A stretch of DNA of 64,000 nucleotides from Phyllosticta citribraziliensis (taxonomy: Eukaryota), in NCBI RefSeq assembly GCF_038025025.1, contig NW_027117348.1, forward strand, positions 62,001 to 126,000. Reading direction: 5' to 3'. Each line of letters starts with the position of its first letter. Positions within the stretch are counted from its first letter, which is position 1. The notes under the pieces are model-generated. The model searched no databases. It worked only from the letters and a program-made list of their open reading frames with translations, and was not told the DNA's origin. Below, piece after piece: positions 1-11,224 of this stretch. The position numbers and the translations under genes were made by a program.

Positions 1-526
1 CCGCCCCTCCCCCGACTTGATACTGACTGGCATCAGCAGCGCCGAAACACTCCCCAGATTCTTTCGCCATGTCCTCCCCTGGGCCGAACTGATTGGACAC
101 AGCGCAGCCTTGCCGGCCCTAACCTTCACCAAGCCCCGCATTGCGTTCTCAATGTGAAGATTGCTCAGTGAAAAGCGCCACGAAGGCACGCCATGACAAC
201 TCCGAATCGCTGAAAGGCCAACGCGGAAGGCTTCGGGACGATAGACGCGTATGCGAGACTTTGAACGCGTTTCCCCTGGCAAAGCTGCGGCCACGTACTG
301 CGTTGCAGCCGTTTTCTCGACAGCGAAGTTGCTGAATGTGGTGATCTGCTTTCAATCAACTTCGACCGCCAGGAACCGAGAACATGGGCAAAGAACAGCA
401 TTTTTGGTCGCGACAAAACGAAGCCTTCGCGTGAAAGATGCTACAAAAGGCTGTCGTGTCGATACCTGAGGTACTCAAGACACTTGGATCCTCTTGGTCA
501 TATTGAGACTCCCAGCAGCAACGAGC

Positions 527-611
527 AACAAAGAAGCCATGAACAAACGGTCGTTTGTCTCGGCTTTCCCACCAGCATCAGCACAAACCTCGCGCCAGCG
601 GAACAAAGAAG
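527..611 (+). promoter_or_regulatory. Two AACAAAGAAG HMG-box (TR-box-like) sites upstream of the pheromone ORF
   Basis: Identical 10-mer at 527-536 and 602-611; AACAAAGAA is the reverse complement of the S. pombe Ste11 TR-box TTCTTTGTT, and MAT HMG proteins bind (A/T)CAAAG cores. Confidence 0.55.
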
Positions 612-727
612 ACGACATCTCAAAACGCACCCCAATAGCCAGAAGTCTCCTTTCACAATCTACTCGCCCGCCGGGAAATCATTTCTCGGCATTATTGACA
701 CCTGCAGACCCTCAGCGTTGCTCACGC

Positions 728-733
728 TATAAA
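728..733 (+). promoter_or_regulatory. TATA box of the pheromone precursor gene
   Basis: TATAAA 120 bp upstream of the ATG, followed by a CA-rich leader and the context TTCAAAATG. Confidence 0.6.
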
Positions 734-847
734 GCCCACCGCGTCGTCGACAGCATACGCCTTTTCCTTTCCACCAGCACACGCACGCGCACACTCTCAC
801 TATCCAAACCAACACCCACACTCGCTTCCAGCAACCAACAATTCAAA

Positions 848-907
848 ATGGGCCGCAAGTGGAACCCCATGAAGAACGACAACACCAAGTACTGCACCGT
901 CATGTAA
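848..907 (+). CDS. a-factor-like (CAAX) lipopeptide pheromone precursor, 19 aa MGRKWNPMKNDNTKYCTVM
   Basis: Tiny ORF ending Y-C-T-V-M-stop (CAAX), strong C-ending codon bias, CAAAATG context, TATA and HMG sites upstream; same architecture as ascomycete mfa-1/ppg2-type precursors. Confidence 0.85.
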   Translation: MGRKWNPMKNDNTKYCTVM

Positions 908-1299
908 AGCCGCCCTCGCGGGACGCACACGACGCACGCGGCGACTCCGACGCGGCCTAGCCATCGAATGCACACGACGGGGCCTAGGATGCGGACAAGT
1001 TCCGAGACGCAGGGACGGGCAGGAGGGGTGTCGTCCTGCGTTTTGAGGTCGCCTGCTTGGGAGATGAAGATTCGATGATTCGATAGGGGGAAGATGGGAA
1101 GGGGGCGCTGTGGGATAGGAGAGAAAATCAGAAAATGGAGCGGTGCGGCAGGTTGCTCAATCTGTTGGGCGGCCGTCGCACTTTCAAAACCCAACTGCTT
1201 TTGTGCCTTGTGCTGAGTGCTTCGCGAATGGACGGCGGCTTCAGGGCTGCTGTGGAGGATGCTGGGAATGGAGCGTACACGACTCCCTTTCCAAGACTC

Positions 1300-2900
1300 T
1301 TTAGCACTGGTGAAGACCACAGATGGTGGCTCCACAGTCACGGGCACAAAAAGTCGACTGCTGATGAGAATAGGTTGAGCACACTGGCCGATGCTACCGT
1401 ACCACGCCAAAGCCGCACTGCGCCAGCACCTGAAGCAAGACCGAGCCCTTTTGAACTCCAGGAGAAGAAAGAGCTGATAAGAATAGGTAAGGGGACAGAC
1501 CAAGCGCTCGTTATGCCGTTATCCCCTGCGGTGCTGTGCAGCTGAGGCAGTTTGCGGCGCATATCGCACACGGCGTTCCGTTGGAGCTACTCGGGCACAA
1601 CGAGGCGCATGAACAGATGAGACTTTGCCTGGAACTCGATGTCGAGGGGGTCTCAGGCATTGGTGTCTGACGGGGAAGTTTGTTGCAGCCGTGGGTTGGA
1701 CTAGAAATGCCACATATGGCCTCCTCAGAGCAACTTGAACTCGACGGGGTGCTCAAACTTGATGAGGCGCTTCGAAGCACGGCAGCCTGCGGAAGACTCA
1801 TCGTTGAGCGCGACGCGTGTAGTGACGTCTGGCTGGGGAGTCTGCTTAAGCTTTGCATTTGATGACCTGTAGAGTCGAGTGAACATGTCGATGATGAGCC
1901 GCTCGTCAAGAGCTCGTCCTCCAAGGGGTCTTGTAGATCGAGCAGTACGCGAGCCAACAATTTGAGCCTGGAAAAGGTACTTGGACGCTCCTCCCTTGGT
2001 ACCAAAACCTTTTCGAAAGCTTTTTGCCATGTTTCGTCCCTGACGTGTCCAAAGAAGTGCAGATCGTCCAGAAGCAACGGCAGATCTGGGGACATTCGAT
2101 AGTTCTTCAACCGTGAGATACAGAAGTAGAGTGAAAAGAGGACAAGGAGGGTGGCGGCCGCTGGGACAAAGAGCCATATTGAAACGAAGGCCGGCTTCGG
2201 CTTCAGGATCCTTTCCACTGGATCGCGTGACATGTTCGGTTTCTTGGGTCCAATTTGCGGCTATCTCTGGGGAGGGAAAACGATGGAGTTTTAGGGCTCC
2301 TGTTGATCGGGGTCCGGCGCCGTAGAACGAATGACAGATAGCTTGTCTCGACTTCTCGTGAATAGGAACTGGTCAACTCTGCTCGCTTGGTCGTAGACTT
2401 GGACGAGTAAGACATGGAGCGTTGAGTTGAAGAGTCGGTGCAGCGTGCGGTTGGGGGAAGGCGCCATGCGGAAGTTGAGAGGAAGCTGCCATCGGATGTT
2501 GGTGATGCATCTGGATTGGAGGTCTGAAGACAACGGCATTGGAGAAGATTCTTTGAAAGATCCAGAAACAAACCAAGGGAATGTCCCGGAGCTGTGCGTC
2601 GTGCCGGTCCTGCTACTGGGGCGCTCAGAAGACATCTGCGCAGGGACGCCGTCATGCTGCGACGCACCACAGCCTGCCAACTCGTTGTTCGCTCAATGTG
2701 TTCGAAGAATGTGCGGCCTCTGTTGCTTCGAAGCAGTGTCCCTTGTCTTGTTCCCCAACAATGGCCTTGTTCTGCCTGGAAAAACGCTTCGTTTCCACCG
2801 TCTTCGTGCCCGCGGAAAACAAAGAGCATCCTTATATGTGTTCGAGGGGCAACCAATCTTTCACACGGGTCGACTTTGTCTCGAGACAATGCATTGCTCC
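1300..2900 (-). pseudogene. Degenerate large gene, possibly DUF6604-family-like; boundaries approximate
   Basis: Protein-like segments in different frames (PDLPLL..RDETWQKAFEKVL..LLARVLLDLQDPL; CPLTYSYQLF..AWYGSIGQCAQ) recall C-terminal motifs of DUF6604 proteins; no continuous ORF. Confidence 0.25.
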
Positions 2901-4788
2901 CATTGTGCTCGGACGTCCGTTGTTCGACTGGATCCCAACAAGGAGACGCGATTCAGGGTAGCGGAATGGCGCGGCTAGAAAAACACCTGGATCTATCCGT
3001 GCAGGCCACCAACGTCTTCCATCAGCAGAGGCGAAGTTCTTTCCGTTGCAAGTCCGACTTACGAGAAGAGAACGACCCAAGTCGATGGATCATTGTCCGG
3101 CCGGCAGCGGAATGAAATGCGAGCATCGCAGTGAAGGGATCGAGGCGGCCGAGAGGAGACTCGGGTGCTTCGAATGGGACACCGCAGCTTCATGGCCTGG
3201 ATCCAGCTCCTGCAAACTGCATCAACAGCTGGGGTCGGCAAATTCATCCTTTTGATGTACTAAGCAGAGCCATGCCAACTCAGAGCAGTTGAATTCCCTG
3301 GCCGACGATTTTCTCCACCTTAGCACCGGGCAATGAAAGAACTTCCAGCAGTTGTTGACTATGATTGTGTGGGATCTGGAGCTGGAGGAGATGCGTCAAG
3401 ACTTGCTTTCAGCGTAGTGACGATGGTGGGGAGCGGCGGCTTCGGATCTTCGGATGCTTTGGCCTCATTCCCATGACTGAGGTCCTGAATCTCGTATCCA
3501 TGTCAGCTGGCCCAGAAAAACGCCGCTGATTCGAAACAAAGGGAAGCGCTTTTCCACTTCGACTACGGATGACACGTCGCCACCCCGAGGGCAGCAGGCT
3601 GACCCCATATCAGAATACCATGAACTCGTCGTGGGGGATGGGGCAGGGAAAGGAACAGCTCAAGACTTGCCCCAGTCGCAACGACAGAAAGCGAACCACC
3701 GCGTCTTCGTTTCTCAGTCTTGAATCCAGCGCGAGGCGCGCTGTCCAGCAACCTGGTATTCCTCATTCCGAACTCGATATTTGTGCTGCTGCCGGGGCTT
3801 GGGTCGAGCCGAGCATCTTCCAAAGGTGAGGCACGTCGCTGAAGACAACAAGGCAAGATGTTCGGAAGCCTGTCTGTTCGACATCCGCGTTGTTCGGTAG
3901 CTTCATCCGCGAGGGTGAAATGCTTCGTGGTATTCCAAGTCGTCGGACCAATCTTGCTTGAAGATGTTGCGCCTCTGATTCCGCAACCCGGTGCCATCTT
4001 TGTCGTGTCATTGTGAAAGATTGGAGGGTTGCTCGAGTGAAGGCGGACGTGCGGAAAAGAGTTCGATCCGAAAGCGGCCGCGACGGGGACTTATTGGGAG
4101 GGATTGGCGGGCGTGGTCTCGCTTAGACGATTTTTCTTCTGGAAATCACGTCAGCCGTATCCAACGAATCATAGAGGCACTGAAGAGCCACCAGGGATGT
4201 TCTCTTTGCATCGACTTTGGGGCGTGTGGTCGCGGAGGAAGCTCGCGCATCGAGGAAGAGCAGCAATTGCGGCAGCCGAGGCGTGGGGCTCCGGAGATAA
4301 CAGGTTGACGTCGATCTTAAAGGCAGAAGAACTGGAGCTGTTGTGGAGAGTTTGGTTGAGGGAGTAGTTGGTTGCGCGGGCAGCTCTCGATGATCGCGTG
4401 GTCATGGCAACGCGACGGGTACACGGCCAGGTCACAAGACTCCCCAAAGGCCCCTTTTTACCAGGTCACATCTAACAACGTAGCAGCGACAAGATCGGGA
4501 CTCTTTGCAGCTGGGCAAAGGAATTGGGCCGCTGCAGCGGAAAAATGACACTGCCATCATCATGGTAGTTTGGTCACGTCACTGGCGAACTCAATAGTGT
4601 ATGCAGTTAAGGGGGACACAGAATTTGGGAAACAGTATCGATTGTATCATGGCTACAAAGTCCGGAATCCATCAGACAAAAACAATTTCCTCGACGCCTT
4701 GTTCAACCCGGAGCTACAACGTCCAGTCAAGCAATACTTGGAACAAAAACGGAGCAACGAGGCAAGGCATTCCTCCAGAACTCAAGAC

Positions 4789-5334
4789 TCAAGCAGTCTT
4801 CTGACGCTTCGACGGAGACTCCTCCTCCACATCGTCAGCCTCACGCTTCTTCCCAGCCAACTGCTCGTCAGCATCGAACTCTCGAACCTCGTCCTCCTCG
4901 TTGAAACGAAGGGAGTTAGCAGCACGGCCCTCGCGCTTGGCTCTCCATCCCGGGCTCATCTTGTAGTCGAGGGCAGTCTCTTCCTCCTCGTCAGTCCAGG
5001 CGTCCTCCAGCGTCATCTGATTCAACAGACTCACCTTTGCCGACTGCCACTCCTCACGGGCCGTGCGGACGTCGTCGTAATCGACGTCGTCGCCGTCGTC
5101 ATGCTCGGTCTTCAACTCCTGCCAGCGGAAGAAGTTGTCGCGCTCCCACTCGTGGCAGCAAAGCGCGCACATGAGGGGCCGCGGGCGAGTGTCGTTGGCG
5201 ATCTCGGCGGCGATTTTTTTGGACACCCCGATTTCGTGCTCGCACCACGCCTCGATCAAGGCGTGGGTGCCAGTCTCGGGGTCGACCAGCTCGTCGAAGT
5301 TGGGAAGGTCGGCAATGGTGTGGATAAAGGCCAT
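4789..5334 (-). CDS. Hypothetical protein with CxH-x22-CxxC motif, acidic C-half and terminal basic NLS-like PSKRQK
   Basis: 181-aa ORF from MAFIHT (CAAAATG context), strong codon bias, TATAAG on the minus strand near 5485. Confidence 0.75.
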   Translation of the reverse strand: MAFIHTIADLPNFDELVDPETGTHALIEAWCEHEIGVSKKIAAEIANDTRPRPLMCALCCHEWERDNFFRWQELKTEHDDGDDVDYDDVRTAREEWQSAKVSLLNQMTLEDAWTDEEEETALDYKMSPGWRAKREGRAANSLRFNEEDEVREFDADEQLAGKKREADDVEEESPSKRQKTA

Positions 5335-5614
5335 TTTGTGGGTTTTTGGCCTTTGATCTTTGCTGGTGGGAAAGGAGCACATTGCGGGAGTGCTGGGAAA
5401 TATATACTTGACTGGTATTCTTGACAATGTCAGTGTCATGATGTTTGAGACATGGTGACTCCGCGTTGTGTGCGTACAAGACTTATATGTAGGTAAGAAG
5501 CTACTTCTTCAATGGCCGACAGCCTGTCAACATGCTCTTCCTGCTCTTCAATATCATTCTCCCGCATTTTAAATTCCTAGGGGCATTGACACGGCTGTCA
5601 AGCGTGTGGCAGGG

Positions 5615-6259
5615 CTAGACCGAAGGGCCCGCACAGGGAGAATTGGAACGAGCCGACATATCCCCAGTCTCTTCGTTCTCGTTGGAATACTCCTCAGTAG
5701 TCGGCTCATCTAAAAGAGATTGGTGTCGAGCCAGGACAATGTCGTCGTCCGCAAACACCACTTTCTTAAGTGCGGCGCCCTGAGGTCTCCGAGCCGCCAT
5801 CTTCGTCGCACGAGAGTCCTCCCAGTCGGCTCGATTGTCTTGGAGGAGCTGCAGGTTCCCGATATCCATCACCTTCTCCCTCACCTTCTCGACCAAGCTC
5901 TTGTGTAACGGTCCAACGGGGTTGCGCTCGCGGGTAATATTGCGCTGGGCCAATCTGTTCGCTGCTTGGTGGTAGCTTGCAATGAGACACTCTATGCAGT
6001 AAACTGGCGCAGCAATGTCTCCTGCCAAGATCTTGTCCTGTGTTTCCAGCGGCACAGAAATGGCATGGCCACATGTGTTGCTTGCACCTTGGACAAGCCC
6101 GTAGCTTATGTCTGGCTCAATTATTCGGTGATTGTATCGGCGCAGATAGTTGCAGAGGTGCTTGGCGCCGCGCATGTCAAACCTTTGCATTCCTGCAGAC
6201 AGCGGCGCAGGCAAAGGCGGAGGCAAAGGTGAGGATGGGATCGATGATGGTTGTGTCAT
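5615..6259 (-). CDS. Hypothetical protein with CxH-x22-CxxC motif (paralog of the neighbouring gene)
   Basis: 214-aa ATG ORF; CGHAISV..PVYCIEC has the same spacing as CEHEIGV..PLMCALC of the neighbour. Confidence 0.65.
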   Translation of the reverse strand: MTQPSSIPSSPLPPPLPAPLSAGMQRFDMRGAKHLCNYLRRYNHRIIEPDISYGLVQGASNTCGHAISVPLETQDKILAGDIAAPVYCIECLIASYHQAANRLAQRNITRERNPVGPLHKSLVEKVREKVMDIGNLQLLQDNRADWEDSRATKMAARRPQGAALKKVVFADDDIVLARHQSLLDEPTTEEYSNENEETGDMSARSNSPCAGPSV

Positions 6260-6718
6260 GGTGGGAGAAGCGGCGCAGGGGCGAGAGTCCTGTTGTAAGG
6301 AGAATGAGATCAGATCGCGTCAAATTCGTCCTGGAGTTGGTGTTCACCGCAAGTGCGCTAGGTGACGGAGGTGAGACTTTCCTGCCTTAGGGTTTAGCAA
6401 ACAGCAAAATCGTGACTGCACACGCACAAAAACTCACAAAGAGAAGCCGTAGTTCTTGGTGTAGATGAAGTGGATGAGGCTGATCCCAGCGGCAATGGAA
6501 AGCACATCGATGTCTGCGGTGGGAGCTCCGTTCGCAGCGCATTCGAAGGCAAAGTTGAGTGGCGAGCCCTGGCGTTCGACTTGGGGAAGTTTCAACTTCT
6601 GGAGGACACGGCGCGAGGTCTCATCCTGACTGCCGTTCCCCTGTATGCCCTGGTAGCCAGCAGTTCTTCAAAGGTCGACATGGAAGATGCGGGCATTGAA
6701 GGTTGTTTTTTGTAGGGG

Positions 6719-6768
6719 GTGCCCGCGGAGGTGTCGAAATGGACGTCCGGGGCACGTGACACCTGACT
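6719..6768 (+). promoter_or_regulatory. ~50-bp element with CCGCGG, GGACGTCC and GGCACGTGAC; inverted copy at 37046-37093
   Basis: Direct comparison: AGTC(A/G)GGTGTCACGTGCCC(C/T)GGACGTCCATT..CCGCGGGC is shared. Confidence 0.65.
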
Positions 6769-7509
6769 ACCTGACTGCCAAATAGGTACTCGATTCTTTA
6801 AAAATGAGTGGATCGTCACAGCCGGGATTCTGTCCCAATCTTCCTCATGTGCCAAATTTCGCTGCCGTATGGTTTCTAGAAACAAGATGCTTCTTCACAA
6901 GCACCTTCTGACAATCCAGAACTTGGCATTCGCAACGTTCAACAAGCTGCTTTTTCCACGAGCAATCCGATATGAGAAGCGGGAAACCGGTGCGCGCTTG
7001 TTTAACTTGATTGCGTGGTCAACCATGTGGAGGAGTATAAGAAGCGCGCCCTGGCTCGGTGTGCGAAGCGTCCCTCGCAGTACATACGCATGGATTCCAA
7101 CTCTCACTAAACTTGGAGAGCAAGGTATATAGATAGTGTCGAATGGAGGTAGCGAGGGTTGTGTTGAGGGCTTTTTTCCGTTCAGTTCTGGATTGGGACC
7201 TGAAGATATTGAGGATAGTCACTGCGAATTGGTAGCGTCAGCGTCTGCGTTGGCTCTTCGACGCCGGTAAATAATGGGACGAGAGGTGCGAGAGAACTCG
7301 CCTCAGGCGTTTATCTGGCCGAGCTGGTGTTAATTTCGTCTTTCGGTGTCGCATTTTGCGCCCACACTTTTCAAAACACCAACCATTGCAAGCTGCAACC
7401 CATTTCCACTCCCAATCTCGACCTTCGGAACAGCATCACCCCTCAGTTTCTTCTTCCAATCTCTTTCACGCCTCAATATATACTCTCGTCGCCCTTCCTT
7501 CATCTCGAA

Positions 7510-9063
7510 ATGGACTCCTCGACGAGCACTACCAACTTCCCCGCCTCGCCCGAAACCGCGCCCCAGGTCAGCTCTTCCGCCCGAAAGTTCCCAGGACTCA
7601 TCCTCGACATCCCCACCGAGGTTCTACGCCAAATCGCCAGCAATTTGGACTCGGAGGACTTGGTCGACCTGTCCTTGACCTGCCGAAAAGCCGCCCGGGG
7701 GGTACAAGCCGTCCTATATCAACGCCCTTCCATCGCGATTCTGGACCACCACTCGAAGCTCCGCCTTCTCGCCAGATCATGCTGTTCGCCCGGCTAAACT
7801 CTTGCCCACCTCATCCAAGAACTGCGCATCGAGTACGACCCAATGGACGACGAGATCTACCTGCCAGAGATCCCGCGGATGGCTATGATTCCCCGCTTGG
7901 GCGAATCACTCTCCGAGGCCCAGCTCAACATTCGGGAAGACGTCCTCCTGTATCAGCTGCTGTGCGTGTCCTTCAATCTACGAGTACTGCGCCTGGAGGT
8001 CTTTGGCGACATCTTGCCGGTCACGCCAGTCCCCGGCGGCTTTCAGAACTTGCGGAGCCTTTTCCTGCGACGTCTTCCCCACGGTTATGGCGAGACGGTC
8101 TCAGACAGCGTCGACAACTCCCGCAACACCTCGATGAAGGATCTCGTGTGGCTCCTTCGCTTGCCGAGGTTGAATGAAGTCACGCTCGACAACTTTGGCG
8201 CGCTTCAAGACGTGGGCTCTGTTTCGGCTGTATACCCTGGCCAGTTTACGCCCAAGACGTTCGCGCTGGTGGAAACTTCGTTCGCCGACGAGCCTTCTTA
8301 CACCATGAGGGCCGCAATCCATCTGTTTCTCCGCGCGTTCAAGTCGCTGGAATGCATGGAATGGCACCTGTCGAGACTCCACCCGCGAAAAGCTCGTACA
8401 ATCGCTTGGGTTGTTGACGGTCTCCAGCGGCACAAGGACACTCTGAAGACGCTTGTCCTGTCGGAGAACAAAGTCAGGATGGCGCCGCTTGATACGCAAG
8501 ATGTCGGCCGCCTACCGCCGGAAGAGTTCCTTGACATCAGCTTCCTTTCTTTCTCCAAGCTCGAGCATCTCTGCGTGATGGACATGGCGCTCTTGAGCAG
8601 AAACCTCTTCGATCCGCGCTCCAACGACTACTGCAGGGCATTTTCAGTATTACACAAACTACCGAACTCCCTGAAGCAGCTAGCCGTTGTCCCATTTCTC
8701 ACGCTGGGGCCCGCCATCCATATAGCCAGTATAGTTCGCTTGTGGAACGAGCTCACGAACTTTCTGCCCGCGATGCAGCCGCAAATGATCTACTGTCTCG
8801 CAATCCCGTTTCACTGTCTGGAATTTGCTGGCATCAATATCGTCACCGGAGTCCCTTTTACGGATGAACATGGCTTCAGTCGCTTCTTTGGCAGCGTTAC
8901 TTCTGGATTCGATGATGTATCGCCTCGGGAAGTGTTCCTCAATTCCCAGGCAATCATGGAGAGGTACTGCTTGTGGAACATGCGCCAGTGGAATCTGTTG
9001 GCTCGGGCCGGGAGGGAGAGGGATGGGCGGCGACGTCTGGAGGCTTTGGCCCGATCTGGATGA
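7510..9063 (+). pseudogene. F-box/LRR-like protein (family 1, copy 1) interrupted by one in-frame TAA at 7795-7797
   Basis: F-box ILDIPTEVLRQIASNLDSEDLVDLSLTCRK; ORFs 7327-7797 and 7843-9063 are in the same frame and collinear with the paralog at 9668 across the stop. Confidence 0.7.
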
Positions 9064-9667
9064 GGCAAACGATTGGGTTTCTTTGGTGAAGGGAATATGT
9101 CACATAGAAAGGAGCATACGCCGGGCTGGTGGAGGTGGGAGCCTCAGTGCTCTCGTTTTTGGCGTAGCGACGTCATTGGTGGTTAGTTAGCTGTTTTGAC
9201 ACGTCTACAAGCGCATCCTGTCCTGGATGGAATGAAACACATGGTTCCTGGCTTCTTGAAGTGCGCAATCTAGTTGCCAATAGATGTAGATGGTGTGGAT
9301 TGTCGTCGACAAAGGGGAAAGTAGTCGATTGCCTGATCGGGACTAGCTGCGCCGGGCTGCCACCATCTCTTCGTGCCGCGCAACATTTCGACTCTCCCTC
9401 TCAACCCCACCTGAACTCTTCATATAGAGTCAATGCCTCATTCTCCTCTCTCTCGTGACAATGTCGTCTTTGATCGCATCTCAAAGCTCCAGCTGACTCT
9501 GATGAACAGTGTCGTAGTGAACGCGCCGCCTTCGCCTTTGACGCGGGATTCATGTCCATTGTCCGAAAACAATGCTCCATTATCGAACGTGACGACCATG
9601 TCCTTAAAACTCTCCGAATTTCCAAAAGTTTCCATCCATCAACTCAATCCAGTATTCACAATCACCA

Positions 9668-11224
9668 ATGGCTACTGACAACCCTTTCCTCATTGCCGTC
9701 CTCGGCCTCTGGCTCTCGTCTCAAAACAACAGCCCTCTGGCGAGATTGCCGACTGAGCTGGTCGGAAAGATCGCTGCCTACCTTCCCGATAACGACCTCA
9801 CCAGGTTTGCCCTGACTTCTCGAAAGATTCATGAAGATGTCATGACCATTCTCTTCAGGAAAGTTACTGTGGACATGCACTCGATGGACCCCAAGCTCGC
9901 TCTGGTAGCCCGATCTCTTCGCGAAAATGACCATCTCCTCCCGTATCTTCACAGTTTGGATCTCCGGTACATGGTATTCCATCCCCACTTGTATAGGCCG
10001 GAAGTCGTCACCTCGATACGCGGGGTCGAGCGAAGTGGAGCGGCCTATCCGGCTGCCAAAGCTGTGCCAGAAGATAAGCTATATGGCCGGGAGGACGTAC
10101 ATTTGAGAGCGATTCTCGAGAGCTCGAGTTGCCTTCAACATCTCAAACTCGAGATCCTCGGAGATAAACTGCCACGTATGCGAGTCATAGACAGCCTTCG
10201 GAACTTGAAAACGCTCCATCTGGGTCGGTGGCCACACACATACGGCAAAGGTGTTCAAAACCATCACCTTACCCGTCTGTACAACAAGAACAGGTCTCTT
10301 CGAGAGATGGTGTGGATTTTCCAATTGCCTCGGCTGGTGCATTTGTCGCTGCACCAATTCGGTGCTATCCGCGACGTCGGTCTTATCACGTCTTCAAGAC
10401 AGCGTCGCTTCAAAATCAGAACGCTTGATTTCAAAGAGACATCCTTCGCTGGAGAGCCTGGTCTCTCTCTCCGCGATGCCTATGGGCACTTTTTCGCCGC
10501 CTTTGAGAGCCTGGAAGCCGTCGATTGGTTTCTGCAACCCCACCAGCTCCAAAAAGTAAACATCGCGGAATGGATTGTCGGAGGACTTGAAGCCCACAAG
10601 AGCACGTTGCGGCACTTGCTGCTGCGTGAAAATCACATCATGACGCATCCCTGGGGCTTCCATCAGCTCCCGCTACACGATGACGCTTTCTCGAGCCGCC
10701 AGAGAGGAATGACCTTTGCCCATTTTGCTGCTCTCAAGTCTCTGACCATTATTGGCGAGGCCTTTGCTGACAGTGACTGGGACTCTGCCAACCACAAGTT
10801 CTTCGACGACAACGAGGCCAAAAACCTGCTCTTAAAGCTGCCAAAGTCACTGAAAACGCTGAACATCGCGCAGTACGCTCTTCGCATCGGGCCCGCACTT
10901 CACTTGACAGCCACGATTGAGCTCCAAACCCCATTGCGCCAATCGCTGCTTTACCAGAGCAACCACCAGACCAGTCATCGTGACATGGGAATAAATCTCG
11001 CTCTTCTCCCCGCAAGGGGTATAGATGGTCCCCCGTTCCACGAAACGAGCAGCCACGTTCCCGACTTTGTAGACCGCGCTTTCATCGAAGAGCGGTGGGC
11101 AAGGGTTCCGACACTACGTGACAATGAGGACAGTTATCCTGGAATTTGCCGGAACTTGGTCGATCATTACGTCTTCACGCTGCTGCTGGTGCACCAGTTC
11201 AAGCAGCTTCTTGGCCAAGAATGA
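9668..11224 (+). CDS. F-box/LRR-like protein (family 1, copy 2)
   Basis: 518-aa ORF, F-box LARLPTELVGKIAAYLPDNDLTRFALTSRK; shares PHxYG, FGAxxDVG, ETSFAxEP, KLPxSLK and GPAxH with copy 1. Confidence 0.85.
   Translation: MATDNPFLIAVLGLWLSSQNNSPLARLPTELVGKIAAYLPDNDLTRFALTSRKIHEDVMTILFRKVTVDMHSMDPKLALVARSLRENDHLLPYLHSLDLRYMVFHPHLYRPEVVTSIRGVERSGAAYPAAKAVPEDKLYGREDVHLRAILESSSCLQHLKLEILGDKLPRMRVIDSLRNLKTLHLGRWPHTYGKGVQNHHLTRLYNKNRSLREMVWIFQLPRLVHLSLHQFGAIRDVGLITSSRQRRFKIRTLDFKETSFAGEPGLSLRDAYGHFFAAFESLEAVDWFLQPHQLQKVNIAEWIVGGLEAHKSTLRHLLLRENHIMTHPWGFHQLPLHDDAFSSRQRGMTFAHFAALKSLTIIGEAFADSDWDSANHKFFDDNEAKNLLLKLPKSLKTLNIAQYALRIGPALHLTATIELQTPLRQSLLYQSNHQTSHRDMGINLALLPARGIDGPPFHETSSHVPDFVDRAFIEERWARVPTLRDNEDSYPGICRNLVDHYVFTLLLVHQFKQLLGQE

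Noticed and set aside
4570..5424. 284-aa + strand ORF
   Set aside because: Antisense shadow of the codon-biased minus-strand gene
7784..7819. 36-nt GT-AG intron removing the F-box stop
   Set aside because: Shorter than every other intron here (44-76 nt), branch site reads GCTAAA, and it would remove residues conserved in the paralog
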